A DNA stretch of 64,000 nucleotides. It comes from an uncultured Bacteroidales bacterium. Lineage in GTDB: Bacteria; Bacteroidota; Bacteroidia; Bacteroidales; VadinHA17. The notes beneath the pieces were generated by a model. The model was not told the origin of the DNA. It saw only the letters and a list, made by a program, of their open reading frames with translations, and searched no databases. Shown piece after piece: positions 18,279 through 30,400 of the stretch; position 1 is the stretch's first letter, and each line of letters starts with the position of its first letter. The translations under genes and the position numbers were made by a program. The DNA is taken from positions 48 through 64,047 of the forward strand of contig CAWKIC010000026.1 in the NCBI GenBank assembly GCA_963849615.1, written 5' to 3'.

Positions 18279-20388
18279 ATGACTGAAATCAAGAAAAAAC
18301 CGACCAAAAAAGAAGAGGTTGAAAACAATGAGGATGGCTTAAAGCCGGCAAAAAAAGTGAAAATAAAAGAGATTAAGGAAAAAGCCGTAAAGCAGGAAAT
18401 TGAAGAAGAAACCATGCTCGACGATCCTGAAGCTGTTGTTATTACCCGAAACAGCAGAAACAGATGAGGAAGCTGCTGAAACCGTTGAAGCCGAAACCGA
18501 AATTCCTGTTGAGCTTCCCGTTGAGAAAAAAACAAGGATATCTGCATTAGTACCTGAAACTGAAAAGGAAGTTGAAGCAGTTGAAGACAGGCTTGATGCG
18601 AAATATTATCCCACAGCCCAGGAATTTGACTGGGAAAGCTTTGAAAATGAGGAACTCCGGACTTCACCAAAATATAAAGAATACGAAGCATTATACGATA
18701 AAACCCTCTCAACTGTTGCAGTTGATGAGGTAGTTACAGGTAGTGTAATCCAGATGACACCCCGTGAAGTGGTTATCAACATAGGTTATAAGTCGGAAGG
18801 TGTAGTGAGTCTGAACGAATTCCGCTATAATCCAAATCTGAAAGTTGGCGATATAGTTGAGGTTTATGTGGAAAGCCAGGAAGATAAAAAAGGACAGCTT
18901 CTTCTGTCACATAAAAAAGCCCGTGCAATAAATTCGTGGGACCGTGTAAACGCTTCTCTTGAGAAGGATGAGATCATAACAGGTTACATTAAATGCAGAA
19001 CAAAAGGCGGTATGATAGTCGATGTTTTTGGCATCGAAGCATTCCTCCCCGGTTCACAGATAGATGTTAAACCAATCCGGGATTATGATGTTTATGTTGG
19101 TAAGACAATGGAATTCAAGGTAGTAAAGATCAACCAGGAATTTAAGAACGTCGTAGTATCCCATAAGGCTCTTATTGAAGCTGAACTCGAATTGCAGAAG
19201 AAGGAAATAATCGCCAAACTTGAAAAAGGACAGGTCCTTGAAGGAACTGTTAAAAATATAACATCATATGGCGTATTTATCGACCTTGGCGGCGTCGACG
19301 GCCTTATTCACATCACCGATCTGTCGTGGGGTCGCGTTAACCATCCGGAAGAGATTGTACAGCTTGACCAGAAACTCAATGTTGTAATTCTCGATTTCGA
19401 TGATGACAAGAAAAGGATTGCCCTTGGTTTGAAACAGCTTACTCCGCATCCATGGGATTCAATCGATCCTGATCTCAAGGTTGGTGACAAGGTAAAAGGG
19501 AAAGTTGTTGTCATGGCTGACTATGGCGCTTTTGTTGAGATAGCTCCCGGCGTTGAGGGACTGATACATGTATCAGAAATGTCCTGGTCACAGCATCTTC
19601 GCAGTGCACAGGAGTTCCTTAAAGTAAGTGAAGAGGTGGAAGCAGTAATTCTTACCCTCGACAGGACTGAAAGGAAAATGTCACTCGGGATCAAACAGCT
19701 TAAGGCAGATCCATGGCAGAACATTGATGAAAAATATACTGTTGGCTCAAAGCATACTGCCAAAGTCAGGAACTTTACAAATTTTGGTGTCTTTGTTGAA
19801 ATTGAAGAGGGGGTAGATGGATTAATTCACATATCTGACCTTTCGTGGACCAGGAAGATTAAACATCCCGCTGAGTTTACTTCAATCGACTCCGAAATAG
19901 AAGTTGTGGTTCTTGAAATTGATAAAGAGAACAGAAGGCTCAGTCTTGGACATAAACAGCTTGAAGAAAATCCATGGGATGTTTTTGAAAGTCTGTTTTC
20001 TGTTGACACAGTTCATGAAGGAACCGTAGTTGAAGTATTTGACAAAGGTGCAGTTATAGCTCTTCCTTACGGTGTTGAAGGTTTTGTAACTCCTAAACAT
20101 CTTGTAAAAGCGGACGGTACGATTGCAAAAGTTGATGAAAAACTACAATTTAAAGTCATCGAATTTAACAAATCAGCCAAGAAGATAATTCTTTCCCATA
20201 GCCGTGTGTTTGAGGACGAAAAGAAGGTTGCTGAAACCACACCAAAAAAAGCCGATTCCGAATCTCCAAAGAAATCTTCAAGAAAAGCCAAGCCGAATGT
20301 TGAAAAGACAACGCTCGGAGATATTACACAACTTGCTGCTTTAAAAGAAGAAATGGAAGAAAAAGAAAATAAAGCTTCCCGGAAATAG
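18279..20388 (+). CDS. rpsA: 30S ribosomal protein S1 with a K/E-rich N-terminal extension; one frameshift near 18440-18450
   Basis: Six S1-type repeats are visible (for example GSVIQMTPREVVINIGYKSEGVV, GTVKNITSYGVFIDLGGVDGLIHITDLSW, GKVVVMADYGAFVEIAPGVEGLIHVSEMSW). ORF 18279..18467 joins ORF 18400..20388 at ...PEAVVI/PETAETDEE. Confidence 0.85.
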
Positions 20389-20425
20389 AAAAAATAGTTA
20401 AATTTATGGTATTAAATATATAACT

Positions 20426-20764
20426 ATGGACTTCAATATTGAGAGTCGGAACAACAGCACGCTAATTCAGATTCAGTCGGAAAAGCTTGATACACACATA
20501 GCTCCTGCTCTTAAATCGGAACTTGTGCTTGTTTCTGGTAAAGGTGAAAAGAACATAATTCTTGATCTCGAAAGATGCCAGTATTGCGATTCCTCCGGTT
20601 TGAGTGCGATCCTGGTTGCTAACAGGTTGTGCAAAAATGCCGGTGGCACCTTCGTTCTCTGCGGTCTAAGCGAAGCAGTTGAAAGACTAATAACTATTTC
20701 CCAGCTCGATACTGTGCTCACCATAACAGCATCTGTCGCTGAAGCCGAAAAGATGATATCATAA
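20426..20764 (+). CDS. STAS-domain protein (anti-sigma-factor antagonist-like)
   Basis: 112 aa containing ILDLERCQYCDSSGLSAILVANRL, typical of SpoIIAA-like STAS proteins. Confidence 0.7.
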   Translation: MDFNIESRNNSTLIQIQSEKLDTHIAPALKSELVLVSGKGEKNIILDLERCQYCDSSGLSAILVANRLCKNAGGTFVLCGLSEAVERLITISQLDTVLTITASVAEAEKMIS

Positions 20765-20790
20765 AATAAGACAAGCATTGCAGGGTGCCG

Positions 20791-21714
20791 ATGAAACTGA
20801 CCATACTGGGGAGCAGTTCTGCATTGCCGACGTCAGAAAGATATCCTTCCGCTCATGTGCTTAATGTGCATGAGCGTTTGTTTTTAATAGATTGCGGCGA
20901 AGGAACCCAGATGCAGCTCCGGAAGTGCAGGTTGAAATTCGGGAAAATCAATCACATATTTATAAGTCATCTCCACGGTGATCATGTTTTCGGGCTTTAC
21001 GGATTACTGTCGACATTTAACCTGATGGGACGGGTAAGCCCGCTTCATCTGTATGCTCCCGAAAATTACAGAATGATGATGTTGTCACATCTCAGGGATT
21101 TTGACATCAACCTTAATTTTGAGATCATTTTTACACCTCTGAGGGGCAACGACCCTGTCATAATCCTTGATGAAAAGCATGTTACGGTTACATCTTTCCC
21201 CCTTAAGCACCGGATTGACGCTTTTGGATTCATTTTCAGGGAAAAACAGCCAGACAGAAACATAAGGAAGGAAGCAATTACAGAATACGGAATTCCTGTT
21301 TTAAGGATCCGTGCCATTAAAAAGGGAGAAGATTTTGTCACCGGCGATGGAAAAATAATCCCCAATGAACAGTTGACAATTCCACCGCTAAAGCCTTTAT
21401 CCTATGCATATTGCAGCGATACAATGTATTTCAGCCGCCTTGCCGCATTCGTAAAAGATGTGGATGTCCTTTACCACGAATCCACCTTTGATCAAACCCT
21501 GACAGAACTTGCCCTGACAACGGGCCATTCCACGACCCTGGATGCGGCAAAGGTTGCCCGCGATGCAAATGTTAAAACCCTGATAATAGGTCATTTCTCC
21601 GCCCGGTATAAGAATATTTCGTTTCTCGTGGAGGAAGCCAGATCAATATTCCCAGCCACAATTCCTGCAATAGATGGCGCTACCTATGACATTTATAAGC
21701 TATCCCGTCAATAA
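20791..21714 (+). CDS. rnz: Ribonuclease Z
   Basis: MKLTILGSSSALPTSERYPSAHVL..LIDCGEGTQ...ISHLHGDHVFGL. The track ORF starts at a GTG at 20785. Confidence 0.85.
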   Translation: MKLTILGSSSALPTSERYPSAHVLNVHERLFLIDCGEGTQMQLRKCRLKFGKINHIFISHLHGDHVFGLYGLLSTFNLMGRVSPLHLYAPENYRMMMLSHLRDFDINLNFEIIFTPLRGNDPVIILDEKHVTVTSFPLKHRIDAFGFIFREKQPDRNIRKEAITEYGIPVLRIRAIKKGEDFVTGDGKIIPNEQLTIPPLKPLSYAYCSDTMYFSRLAAFVKDVDVLYHESTFDQTLTELALTTGHSTTLDAAKVARDANVKTLIIGHFSARYKNISFLVEEARSIFPATIPAIDGATYDIYKLSRQ

Positions 21715-21726
21715 AAAAAGAATCGT

Positions 21727-21734
21727 TATCTTTG
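21727..21734 (+). promoter_or_regulatory. Bacteroidota -7 promoter element TAtcTTTG upstream of guaA
   Basis: ttatctttgcagact. A small CCCC tgaaaa GGGG hairpin follows in the leader. Confidence 0.45.
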
Positions 21735-21795
21735 CAGACTATACCGCTTCCCCCTGAAAAGGGGTTGAAGAGATTGATTGATTAAATAATATAAG

Positions 21796-23328
21796 TTGGT
21801 GCAGGAGAAAATACTGATCCTTGATTTTGGATCTCAATATACACAGCTGATAGCCAGGAGAATACGGGAAATAAATGTTTATTGTGAAATTCATCCCTTT
21901 AACCATTTCCCGGTTCCTGATAAATCTGTCAGAGGCGTAATTCTGTCAGGAAGTCCGTTTTCGGTGCGCGATGTGAATTCCCCAAAACCCGACCTGTCAG
22001 CAATCAAAGGGACAATACCTCTCCTGGGTGTTTGCTATGGCGCACAGCTTCTTGTACAAAGCTACGGCGGTGAAGTGCTCCCTTCCGCAACAAGGGAATA
22101 TGGAAGGGCTAATCTGGTGCATCTTGATCGTACTGATCCCTTTTTTAGAGATATTAAGCAGGGAACCCAGATCTGGATGTCACACGGAGATACTATCGAG
22201 AGGATCCCTGATGGTTATGAAATAACGGGTTCGACAGCTACTGTAACAGCAGGAGCTTTCAGGATAATCAATGAAAAAACCTGGGGAATCCAGTTCCATC
22301 CGGAGGTATATCATACCACCGAGGGGCTTCAGATGCTCAAAAACTTTGTTGTGGATATCTGCAGCTGTTCTCAGAATTGGACACCTGGATCGTTTGTTGA
22401 ATCGGCGGTAAGTGATCTGAAGAAAAGGATTGGTAATGACAGGGTTATACTCGGTCTTTCGGGCGGTGTCGATTCCTCAGTGGCATCTATGCTGCTTCAC
22501 AGGGCTATCGGACGGAATCTGACGTGTATATTTATAGATAACGGTCTCCTGAGGAAAGGAGAATATGATAAAGTTATAGAGTCATATAAGGGACTCGGAC
22601 TTAATGTCATTGGAGTTAAGGCCGGCGACAGGTTTCTCGATAATCTCGAAGGTGTGAGCGATCCTGAGAAAAAAAGAAAGATAATTGGCAGGGTGTTTAT
22701 TGATGTTTTTGATGAGGAAGCAAGCAAAGTTAAAGATGTAAAATGGTTGGCCCAGGGAACCATTTATCCGGATGTAATTGAATCTGTTTCGGTTAATGGT
22801 CCTTCTGCCACAATAAAATCGCACCATAACGTGGGAGGACTCCCCAAAAAAATGCATCTTAAAGTTATTGAACCGTTACGGCTTCTTTTTAAGGATGAAG
22901 TCAGGAAAGTCGGACAGGCGCTCGGATTACCCGATATTATTTTAAAGAGACATCCGTTCCCTGGTCCGGGTCTGGCAATAAGGCTGCTTGGGAAAATCAC
23001 AAGAGGGCAGCTTGAAATATTGAAGGATGCTGATCAGATATTCATTGATGGCCTTAAAAAACACGGTTTGTACGATTCTGTCTGGCAGGCCGGAGTTATA
23101 CTGCTACCGGTGAAGTCAGTAGGTGTTATGGGTGATGAAAGAACTTACGAAAATGCTGTTGTTCTGAGGGCTGTGGTCTCGACAGACGGGATGACTGCCG
23201 ACTGGTCAAAACTGCCGTACGATTTTCTTGGACTCATTTCAAATGAGATAATAAATAAGGTCAGGGGAATCAACAGGGTAGTTTATGATATAAGTTCAAA
23301 ACCACCCTCAACTATTGAATGGGAATAA
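21796..23328 (+). CDS. guaA: GMP synthase (glutamine-hydrolysing)
   Basis: 510 aa containing [30 protein letters not shown], and the C-terminal [14 protein letters not shown]. Confidence 0.95.
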   Translation: MVQEKILILDFGSQYTQLIARRIREINVYCEIHPFNHFPVPDKSVRGVILSGSPFSVRDVNSPKPDLSAIKGTIPLLGVCYGAQLLVQSYGGEVLPSATREYGRANLVHLDRTDPFFRDIKQGTQIWMSHGDTIERIPDGYEITGSTATVTAGAFRIINEKTWGIQFHPEVYHTTEGLQMLKNFVVDICSCSQNWTPGSFVESAVSDLKKRIGNDRVILGLSGGVDSSVASMLLHRAIGRNLTCIFIDNGLLRKGEYDKVIESYKGLGLNVIGVKAGDRFLDNLEGVSDPEKKRKIIGRVFIDVFDEEASKVKDVKWLAQGTIYPDVIESVSVNGPSATIKSHHNVGGLPKKMHLKVIEPLRLLFKDEVRKVGQALGLPDIILKRHPFPGPGLAIRLLGKITRGQLEILKDADQIFIDGLKKHGLYDSVWQAGVILLPVKSVGVMGDERTYENAVVLRAVVSTDGMTADWSKLPYDFLGLISNEIINKVRGINRVVYDISSKPPSTIEWE

Positions 23329-23385
23329 TTTCCAACTGAGGCAACATTTAGCTTAAGATGTTGTTCTTAATATGATATAAGATTA

Positions 23386-23480
23386 ATATTTACGCGTCTG
23401 TGCAACTCTGTCTCATGGTGGTTTTGAATAATTTTTTAAAACTTTCTTATTACACAGAGAACCAAAGAAATGAGGCAGTG
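23386..23480. repeat. Oligomer-armed hairpin (ctgtg.. / ..cacag family)
   Basis: gtctgtgcaactctgtctcatggtggtt ... attacacagagaaccaaagaaatgaggcagtgaaccacagaa. Confidence 0.6.
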
Positions 23481-23506
23481 AACCACAGAAAAGAAATGGA
23501 GTTTAT

Positions 23507-25105
23507 ATGAAAATCAGAAAAATTGTTTCAATTATAGGATTTGTAGCATTCATTTTACTTAGTCAATCGGTTTTATCTCAGGAAGTTAGCGAAAACACTG
23601 CTAAAGTCGGAAGAGCATTGAGCCTGATTGATAATTTTTATGTCGATACAACAGATATTAACAAAGTAACTGAAAAAACGCTAGTTGAATTACTTAAAAG
23701 CCTCGATCCTCACTCTGTTTACATCTCGGCAAAAGATGTAAAGGAAATGAATGAGCCGCTGAACGGTAATTTTGAAGGTATTGGTATCCAGTTTAACCTT
23801 CTGCGCGACACCATTATAGTCATTGACCCGATATCGGGAGGACCCTCAGAAAAAGTTGGTATTCATTCAGGTGACAGGATAATCACTATTAATGGTGAGA
23901 AAGTGACGGGAATCGGAATTTCGACCACCGGCGTGCGGACAAGGCTCCTGGGAATGAAGGGAACCAAAGTTAACCTGAGCGTATTCAGGAAGGGGGAAAA
24001 GGATGTCCTTGATTTTACAATTGTCAGGGATAAAATCCCGATTAACAGCCTTGATGCAGCTTACATGCTTGATAAAGAGACTGGTTATATTAAACTTAAC
24101 AAGTTTGCCGCAACTACTGATAAGGAGTTTTCAGGTGCTGTTATGCAATTGCAGAAGAACAACATGAAAAATCTGATACTCGATCTCCGCTCAAATGGTG
24201 GCGGTTATATGATCGCGGCTACCGACGTGGCAGACAATTTCTTCCCTGATAAAAAATTGCTGGTCTATCTTAGCGGTCGTAAAACCCCCAGGCAGGATTT
24301 TACTTCAACCGGAGCAGGAGTACTGGCCAATGCAAGGGTAGCTATACTGACCGATGAAGGATCTGCCTCTGCAAGTGAAATTCTTGCCGGCGCTATCCAG
24401 GACTGGGACAGGGGTATAATTGTCGGACGTCGTACTTTCGGCAAGGGGCTCGTTCAGAATGGTTACTATCTTCCCGACGGTTCCATGATCAGGCTTACAA
24501 TTGCAAGGTACTTTACACCTACCGGCAGGTTAATTCAAAGCCCTTATAATGAAGGGTATGATAAATATCTTGCCAACTTTTACAAGAGGTATACCGATGG
24601 CGAAATGATATCTGCCGACAGCGTTCATTTTCCCGATTCACTGAAGTTCAGGACTATGGTGAATCAACGAACAGTCTACGGTGGGGGAGGAATTATGCCC
24701 GATCTTTTTGTGCCTGCCGATACTTCCAATTATTCGGATTATTACAGAAACCTTGTAAGACGGGGGATAATCAGTTCTTTCACTCTGGAATACGCCGATA
24801 AAAACAGGGACAAGCTAATTTCCCAGTTTAAAACATTTAAGGATTATAAGGAGAATTTCAGCTTCTCAGCCGAAGATATTGCGGGGTTTATAAAAAAGGG
24901 CGAAGACAGCGGTGTGAAATACAATGATGCGGAGTTTTTAATTTCAAAGGAGGAAATATTGAGGTCGTTGAGGGCTCTTGTTGCCTCAAATATCTGGAAG
25001 ACAAATGAATACTGGCAGATTCTTAATGAAGGTGATACAGTTGTTGAAAAAGCATTGCAGGTAATTTCTGAAAAGACAGTATACAATAAAATCCTTGGAT
25101 ACTAA
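23507..25105 (+). CDS. ctp: S41 family C-terminal processing peptidase
   Basis: Signal peptide, then FEGIGIQF, a PDZ segment (GGPSEKVGIHSGDRIITING), LDLRSNGGG, GSASASEILAGA and TFGKGLVQ. Confidence 0.85.
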   Translation: MKIRKIVSIIGFVAFILLSQSVLSQEVSENTAKVGRALSLIDNFYVDTTDINKVTEKTLVELLKSLDPHSVYISAKDVKEMNEPLNGNFEGIGIQFNLLRDTIIVIDPISGGPSEKVGIHSGDRIITINGEKVTGIGISTTGVRTRLLGMKGTKVNLSVFRKGEKDVLDFTIVRDKIPINSLDAAYMLDKETGYIKLNKFAATTDKEFSGAVMQLQKNNMKNLILDLRSNGGGYMIAATDVADNFFPDKKLLVYLSGRKTPRQDFTSTGAGVLANARVAILTDEGSASASEILAGAIQDWDRGIIVGRRTFGKGLVQNGYYLPDGSMIRLTIARYFTPTGRLIQSPYNEGYDKYLANFYKRYTDGEMISADSVHFPDSLKFRTMVNQRTVYGGGGIMPDLFVPADTSNYSDYYRNLVRRGIISSFTLEYADKNRDKLISQFKTFKDYKENFSFSAEDIAGFIKKGEDSGVKYNDAEFLISKEEILRSLRALVASNIWKTNEYWQILNEGDTVVEKALQVISEKTVYNKILGY

Positions 25106-25128
25106 AATCCTGATCGGGAGATTTTTAC

Positions 25129-26268
25129 ATGAGATTAATAGCAAAGACCCTTTTCGGCCTTGAAAATATCCTTGCAGCCGAGCTGAAAGGTCTTGGTATA
25201 CAGGATGCAAAACCGGCAAACCGTGCTGTAATTTTTGAAGGCGATCCCGGCATTTTGTATAAGGTGAATTACTGTGCCAGGACTGCAATGTCGGTACTAA
25301 TGGAGATTGCAGAATTCCGGATCAGGTCTTCTGACGATCTTTATCAAAATGGCCTTAAGATAGAGTGGGAAAAGTACCTCGATACGGAGATGACATTTTC
25401 GGTGGTTCCTGTGGTTCATTCACCAGTATTTAATCATACAGGTTATGCCGGATTGCTTCTCAAGGATGCCATCGCTGACCGGTTCAGCCAAAAAACCGGA
25501 AAGCGCCCCTCCGTTGGAACCGCCAATCCTGATATCGTTTTCAATCTTCACATTAGTAATGATCAGGTTACTGTCAGTGTCGATTCCTCAGTTATTCCGC
25601 TTTATAAAAGAGGATACCGCAGGGAACAGGGTCTGGCTCCGATAAATGAAGTTCTCGCCGCAGGGATTGTTTTGCTGTCAGGGTGGGACAGGACAATACC
25701 GCTGTTGGATCCAATGTGTGGTTCAGGTACAATACCTGTTGAAGCTGCGTTGATTGCTTCTCGAATTCCTCCCGGAAAGTTCAGGAGTTATTTTGGTTTT
25801 CAGAGATGGATGGATTATGACGAGGATCTCTTCATCAAAATAAAAGAAGAATCCGAAGCGGGAATAAATAAATCCGATATCAGGATCAGTTGCAGCGATA
25901 TAGATAAAAGTGCAGTTTTATTTACTAAGAATAATATAGAATCTGCGGGTCTTTCTGATATTATATCCGTGGAACAGCAGGATTTCAGTAACCTTAAGGG
26001 GACAGGCGACAACGGTTTTATTATAATGAATCCTCCTTACGGTGAGCGCATGAAACAAACTGAATCCGAAAACCTCTATGGCATGATCGGTACGACGTTA
26101 AAGCATAATTTCCCTGGTTATAAAGCCTTCCTGATAACCTCCGATAAAGAAGCTTTGAAAAAGGTAGGACTGAAACACAGGCAAAAACTAACCCTTTATA
26201 ACGGATCGCTTGAATGTGTTCTGGTGAAATATGAGCTTTATGAGGGATCGAAGAAAAATCGTGGATAG
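25129..26268 (+). CDS. THUMP-domain class I SAM-dependent RNA methyltransferase (COG0116 / RlmL-like)
   Basis: LLDPMCGSGTIPVEAAL and IIMNPPYGERM, with an N-terminal THUMP-like region. Confidence 0.8.
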   Translation: MRLIAKTLFGLENILAAELKGLGIQDAKPANRAVIFEGDPGILYKVNYCARTAMSVLMEIAEFRIRSSDDLYQNGLKIEWEKYLDTEMTFSVVPVVHSPVFNHTGYAGLLLKDAIADRFSQKTGKRPSVGTANPDIVFNLHISNDQVTVSVDSSVIPLYKRGYRREQGLAPINEVLAAGIVLLSGWDRTIPLLDPMCGSGTIPVEAALIASRIPPGKFRSYFGFQRWMDYDEDLFIKIKEESEAGINKSDIRISCSDIDKSAVLFTKNNIESAGLSDIISVEQQDFSNLKGTGDNGFIIMNPPYGERMKQTESENLYGMIGTTLKHNFPGYKAFLITSDKEALKKVGLKHRQKLTLYNGSLECVLVKYELYEGSKKNRG

Positions 26269-26417
26269 AATAAATCTGGTCTAAACCTGCATTCATCATC
26301 CTCCGGGTATTTTTGATCAAAATGTCGGGACAATTATAAAATCATGAAAAAACAAATGGTTAGATTTTTTATATATTTGTTACCGTATTATTATTGCAGT
26401 CATAAAAATGAAGCTTA

Positions 26418-27011
26418 ATGGGCTTTGATGTTGAAAGTTATTTCTCCGGTCTCTTAAACGGAATTAGTATTGTTTATTACGAGGGTAATATCGATTCGGA
26501 TATAATCAACAAAGTCCTTGATACTGTCGAGGAAAAGCTCGGTAAGGAAAACGAACAATCAAAGCTCAGAAAAAGAGTCTACAACGTTCTTGTTGAAAGT
26601 CTTCAGAATCTTTATCATCATGTTGACAAAGTCCCGGAGGACTTTAAGGATCAGACCTATGATAAATACGGGTTGCTGGCGATCAACAAAGTTAAAGGTG
26701 GTTATAAAATTGTTACCGGGAATTTCATCCGTTCCGAGAACGTTGAGAAACTTGAGGAAAAAATAAAGAGGATAAACAGATCCAGTCACGAGGAGATAAC
26801 TGAACTTTACAAATTTATTCTCAACCATCAGAGAATATCCTCAAAAGGTGGTGGCGGTCTGGGCCTTGTTGATATTGCACGGAAAACAGGAAATAAGCTT
26901 GAATATACTTTTAAGGAGTATAATGATAAATTATCATTTTTCTACCTCAACATATTGGTGGGAGAGACTAAATTAAGTACACAGACTGAAACAAACCTAA
27001 AAAAAGCAAAT
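26418..27011 (+). CDS. SiaB-like / GHKL-type ATPase-like protein (partner-switch kinase candidate). Its 3' end is unclear because it runs in frame into the next gene.
   Basis: SKGGGGLGLVDIARKTGNKLEY resembles a GHKL G-box, and the gene is adjacent to a DUF1987 gene. The family call rests on memory and context. Confidence 0.4.
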
Positions 27012-27393
27012 ATGGAACCGATCATTATTGAAGGAACACCAAAGACCCCGACAATTAAATTTGATGCTACAGAGGGTGTCTTTGAAATAAAAAGGACGTT
27101 CAATACCCGAAAACTCCGTAGAATTTTATAAACCGTTGGTCGACTGGCTCGACAGTTATAAGGAATCTCCGCTTGGCAAAACAGTTGTGAATATCAAGCT
27201 GGAGTATTTCAACACCAGCTCTTCCAAGTGTATCCTTGACGTATTCAAGAAACTCGAGGCCATACATAAGGCTAAGAACGATGTTGAAGTTAACTGGTAT
27301 TATGAGGAGGATGATGAAGATATGCTTGAGGCAGGTGAAGATTATGAATCAATAATCAGGGTGCCTTTCAAGATGATCGAGATCACCGATTAA
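27012..27393 (+). CDS. DUF1987 (SiaC-like) protein; one frameshift in an A-run near 27095
   Basis: MEPIIIEGTPKTPTIKFDATEGVFEIK is followed in the +1 frame by GRSIPENSVEFYKPLVDWLDSYKE..., then NIKLEYFNTSSSKCILDVFKKLE...VNWYYEEDDEDMLEAGEDY. Confidence 0.6.
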
Positions 27394-27475
27394 ATCTTCT
27401 TCAAAGCTTTGTTTTAAATGATTGATTTAAATTACCTTACTAAAGAGGCTGTCTCTCCTGAGGCAGCCTCTTGTC

Positions 27476-30400
27476 TTACATAAGTTCCCTGTCGGTTCCT
27501 TTTGTTTTCCTCCCGGTAAGCTTTTCACCCAGGCTCAGTATTTTCTTAAGGATCCTGAAATATAGTATCAGATATAGAAGCAGAGTCATAATCCAGATGA
27601 CAAGTACATTTATTACAAAAGTGCCTGCATACCTGCCAAAAATCCGTTTTGTCGGCGAGTAGAAATGAGCTTTGATGAATTTGTTTCCTGGATTCAGATA
27701 TATTGGATCCAGCTTCTGAACCAGTTCCCCGTTATATTCAATTGTTTTCTGGGTGTCGTTTTCTGCAGTGACTGACTCTTCCAGGGAGATGTTGAAATAG
27801 TTGTTCTTAAGCTCCCGGAATCCCGTCTTGTTTTCAGATTCCAGCATTGTAACCAGATTGTCCCGCTGGTTGTTGGCGACATTGTATTTTTTAATATAGT
27901 ACCTGCGGACTGACTCGATGTATTCCAGGGCACCTGTTACAATTTCAGGAGTTATTTTTTCGGGAGTCAGCTCTGCGGCATTTTCAAATTTTATTTCAGG
28001 AAGCAGAACCAGCTCTTTTTCAATTTCATTCGAAACAAGCAAAAGATCATCATCGAAATCAACATTCCTTGAACCCTTCTGGAGATCGATCATTATTTTA
28101 TCAAGGTTCCCCTTTATCTTTGAGTTCCAATAGTCCTTCTTAAATCTTGCCTCGCTTATCGACTTGTCGAATACATAGAAATTGCGTTCATATTTGTTGT
28201 CAATGAACTGTTTGACAGCCAGCGCTTCATAACCCCATCTTGAAGTTATCATCTCCCCGTAGAAAGGTATTGTTACCGGTGAAGAAATATTTGGATTCAG
28301 TTTCTCGAATTTGACAAGGACTCCGCTCAGGATGATCTGTGGAATTACAAGGAAAGGGATCAGGATATAAATTGTAACAACTGTTTTAAAACTGTCTGAA
28401 ATGACGAGCCCAAGCATATTTGCCGAAGCCCAGCACGAAAAAAGGACCAGCCAGTATTCGAATGTCATTCCTTTGATCCCCATAATTACGTTGCCAATAA
28501 TAACAAAAGTGAATGCCTGGATTGCCGATATCCCGAACTGAACAAATACTTTGGACATGAGATAACTGTTCCAGCTCAGGTTCAGGAATGTCTCCCTCTT
28601 AAGTATTTTCCTGTCTTTGATGATCTCCTCCGCGCTTATTATCAATCCCATGAAGATGGCTACAATGACTGAAATAAAAATATAAACGGGCAGATTACTG
28701 TTATCGATCAGGTTATACTCTGGATTTTTAACGCTCTCATCAAAATATCTTATAAGAAAAGAAAGAAAGAACGCAAGGACAGGAGCCTCGAGCAGCGTTA
28801 TCAGAAGGTACTGCAGGTCGGCAATTTTTGAAAAAACATTGCGCTGGATGAATACAATAAATTGTTTGAACTTACCCGGGGTTTTAAAATTGATCTCCGG
28901 CAGTGGGCCTCCCTTTTCAGGATTATCCTTTTTTGTTTCGGTCTCATATAGCCTGCGCCACTCTCCCGGTGAAATCCTGCGGGTTTCGGTCGGTTCTCCG
29001 CTTTCATTGAAAACCCTTGTTTCAACAATATTGAAGATCTGTTCCGGGTTAACATTCCCGCAGGCATAACACTCACTCTCATTGTAGTTTGCCTGACCGA
29101 TGCTCCTTTTAAAGTACTCAATCGAGTCGACAGGATTCCCGTTATAGATCATGAATCCCCCCGTATCAAGAATAATGAGCCTGTCAAACATCTTGAAAAT
29201 ATCAGAGGATGGCTGATGGATAACGACGAAAAGCAGCTTGCCTTTCCGCGACAATTCTTTGAGGAGGTCAAGGATGTTTTCAGAATCTCTTGAGGACAAA
29301 CCCGAAGTAGGCTCATCAAGGAAAAGGATAGCGGGTTCTCTTATCAGCTCAAGTGAGATATTGAGTCTTTTTCTCTGACCGCCGCTTATCTTTTTATTTA
29401 GCGGCGATCCGACTTTCATGCTTCTTATTTCATAAACTCCCAGGTTTTTCAGGACATTTTCAACTCTTTCCACAATCTCCTCCTCTGTCAGGTTTCCGAA
29501 ACAGAGCCTGGCATTGTAATAGAGGTTGTCAAAAACTGTTAGTTCCTCTATAAGAAGGTCATCCTGTGACACATACCCAATAAGGCCTTTTATCTTCTCC
29601 TTTTCTTTATGAATAGGGATGCCATTGATCAGAACTTCCCCGTCGTATGGTGGATTAATCCCGTTCAGAACGCTGAGAAGAGTAGTTTTACCTGCCCCGC
29701 TGGCTCCCATAATTCCAATCATCCTGCCCGACTCACCTCTGAAGGTCATGTGATGTATCCCCACTTCCCCGGTCTTAAATCTGTATTCCAGGTTATTAAC
29801 TTCATAAACGACCCTGGAGGAAAGGAACTCCTCCTTAAGGAATTGCATTGTAATGTCCCAGTAATAAACCGGAGAAATATTGTAACCCTTAATAGAAGAG
29901 CCCTGGCTGATAGGGTAAACTTTATTCTCCTGGAGCAGCTGACCATTCATTGTGAGCTCTCCCGACCTGATGAACTTCATGAAATACACATTCACGGAGG
30001 GGACAAAAAGAACCCAGATCTGGCCTTTAAGGAGTTCCTTTGTAACGAATTTTGCCTGAGAATCAGCTTTTGATTTTTCTCCGTTTATTATAAGGATATT
30101 TGGTGAAGATGGGATCTGTGTAAAAGGATTCAGGACGAATTTCTCAATAGTGTCATATTCTTCAGCTGAAATATTCAACCCATCGGCTAAAGTAGCTATG
30201 AACCCCAATTCCAGTCGACTTGCAGTTTCTTTTCCTGTCTTGCAGAATTCAAGAGCCTGAATTACAACTACGATCCTTTGTTCCTGATCGAGCTGCCCCT
30301 GGTCATTGATCTCCTTGCAAAGTTTTGTGATCCTTATTGCAATGGCCCCTTCACGTCTTTCGGGAGTGCTTTTTTCAAGCTTCTCCTTTGCTTTTTCGTA

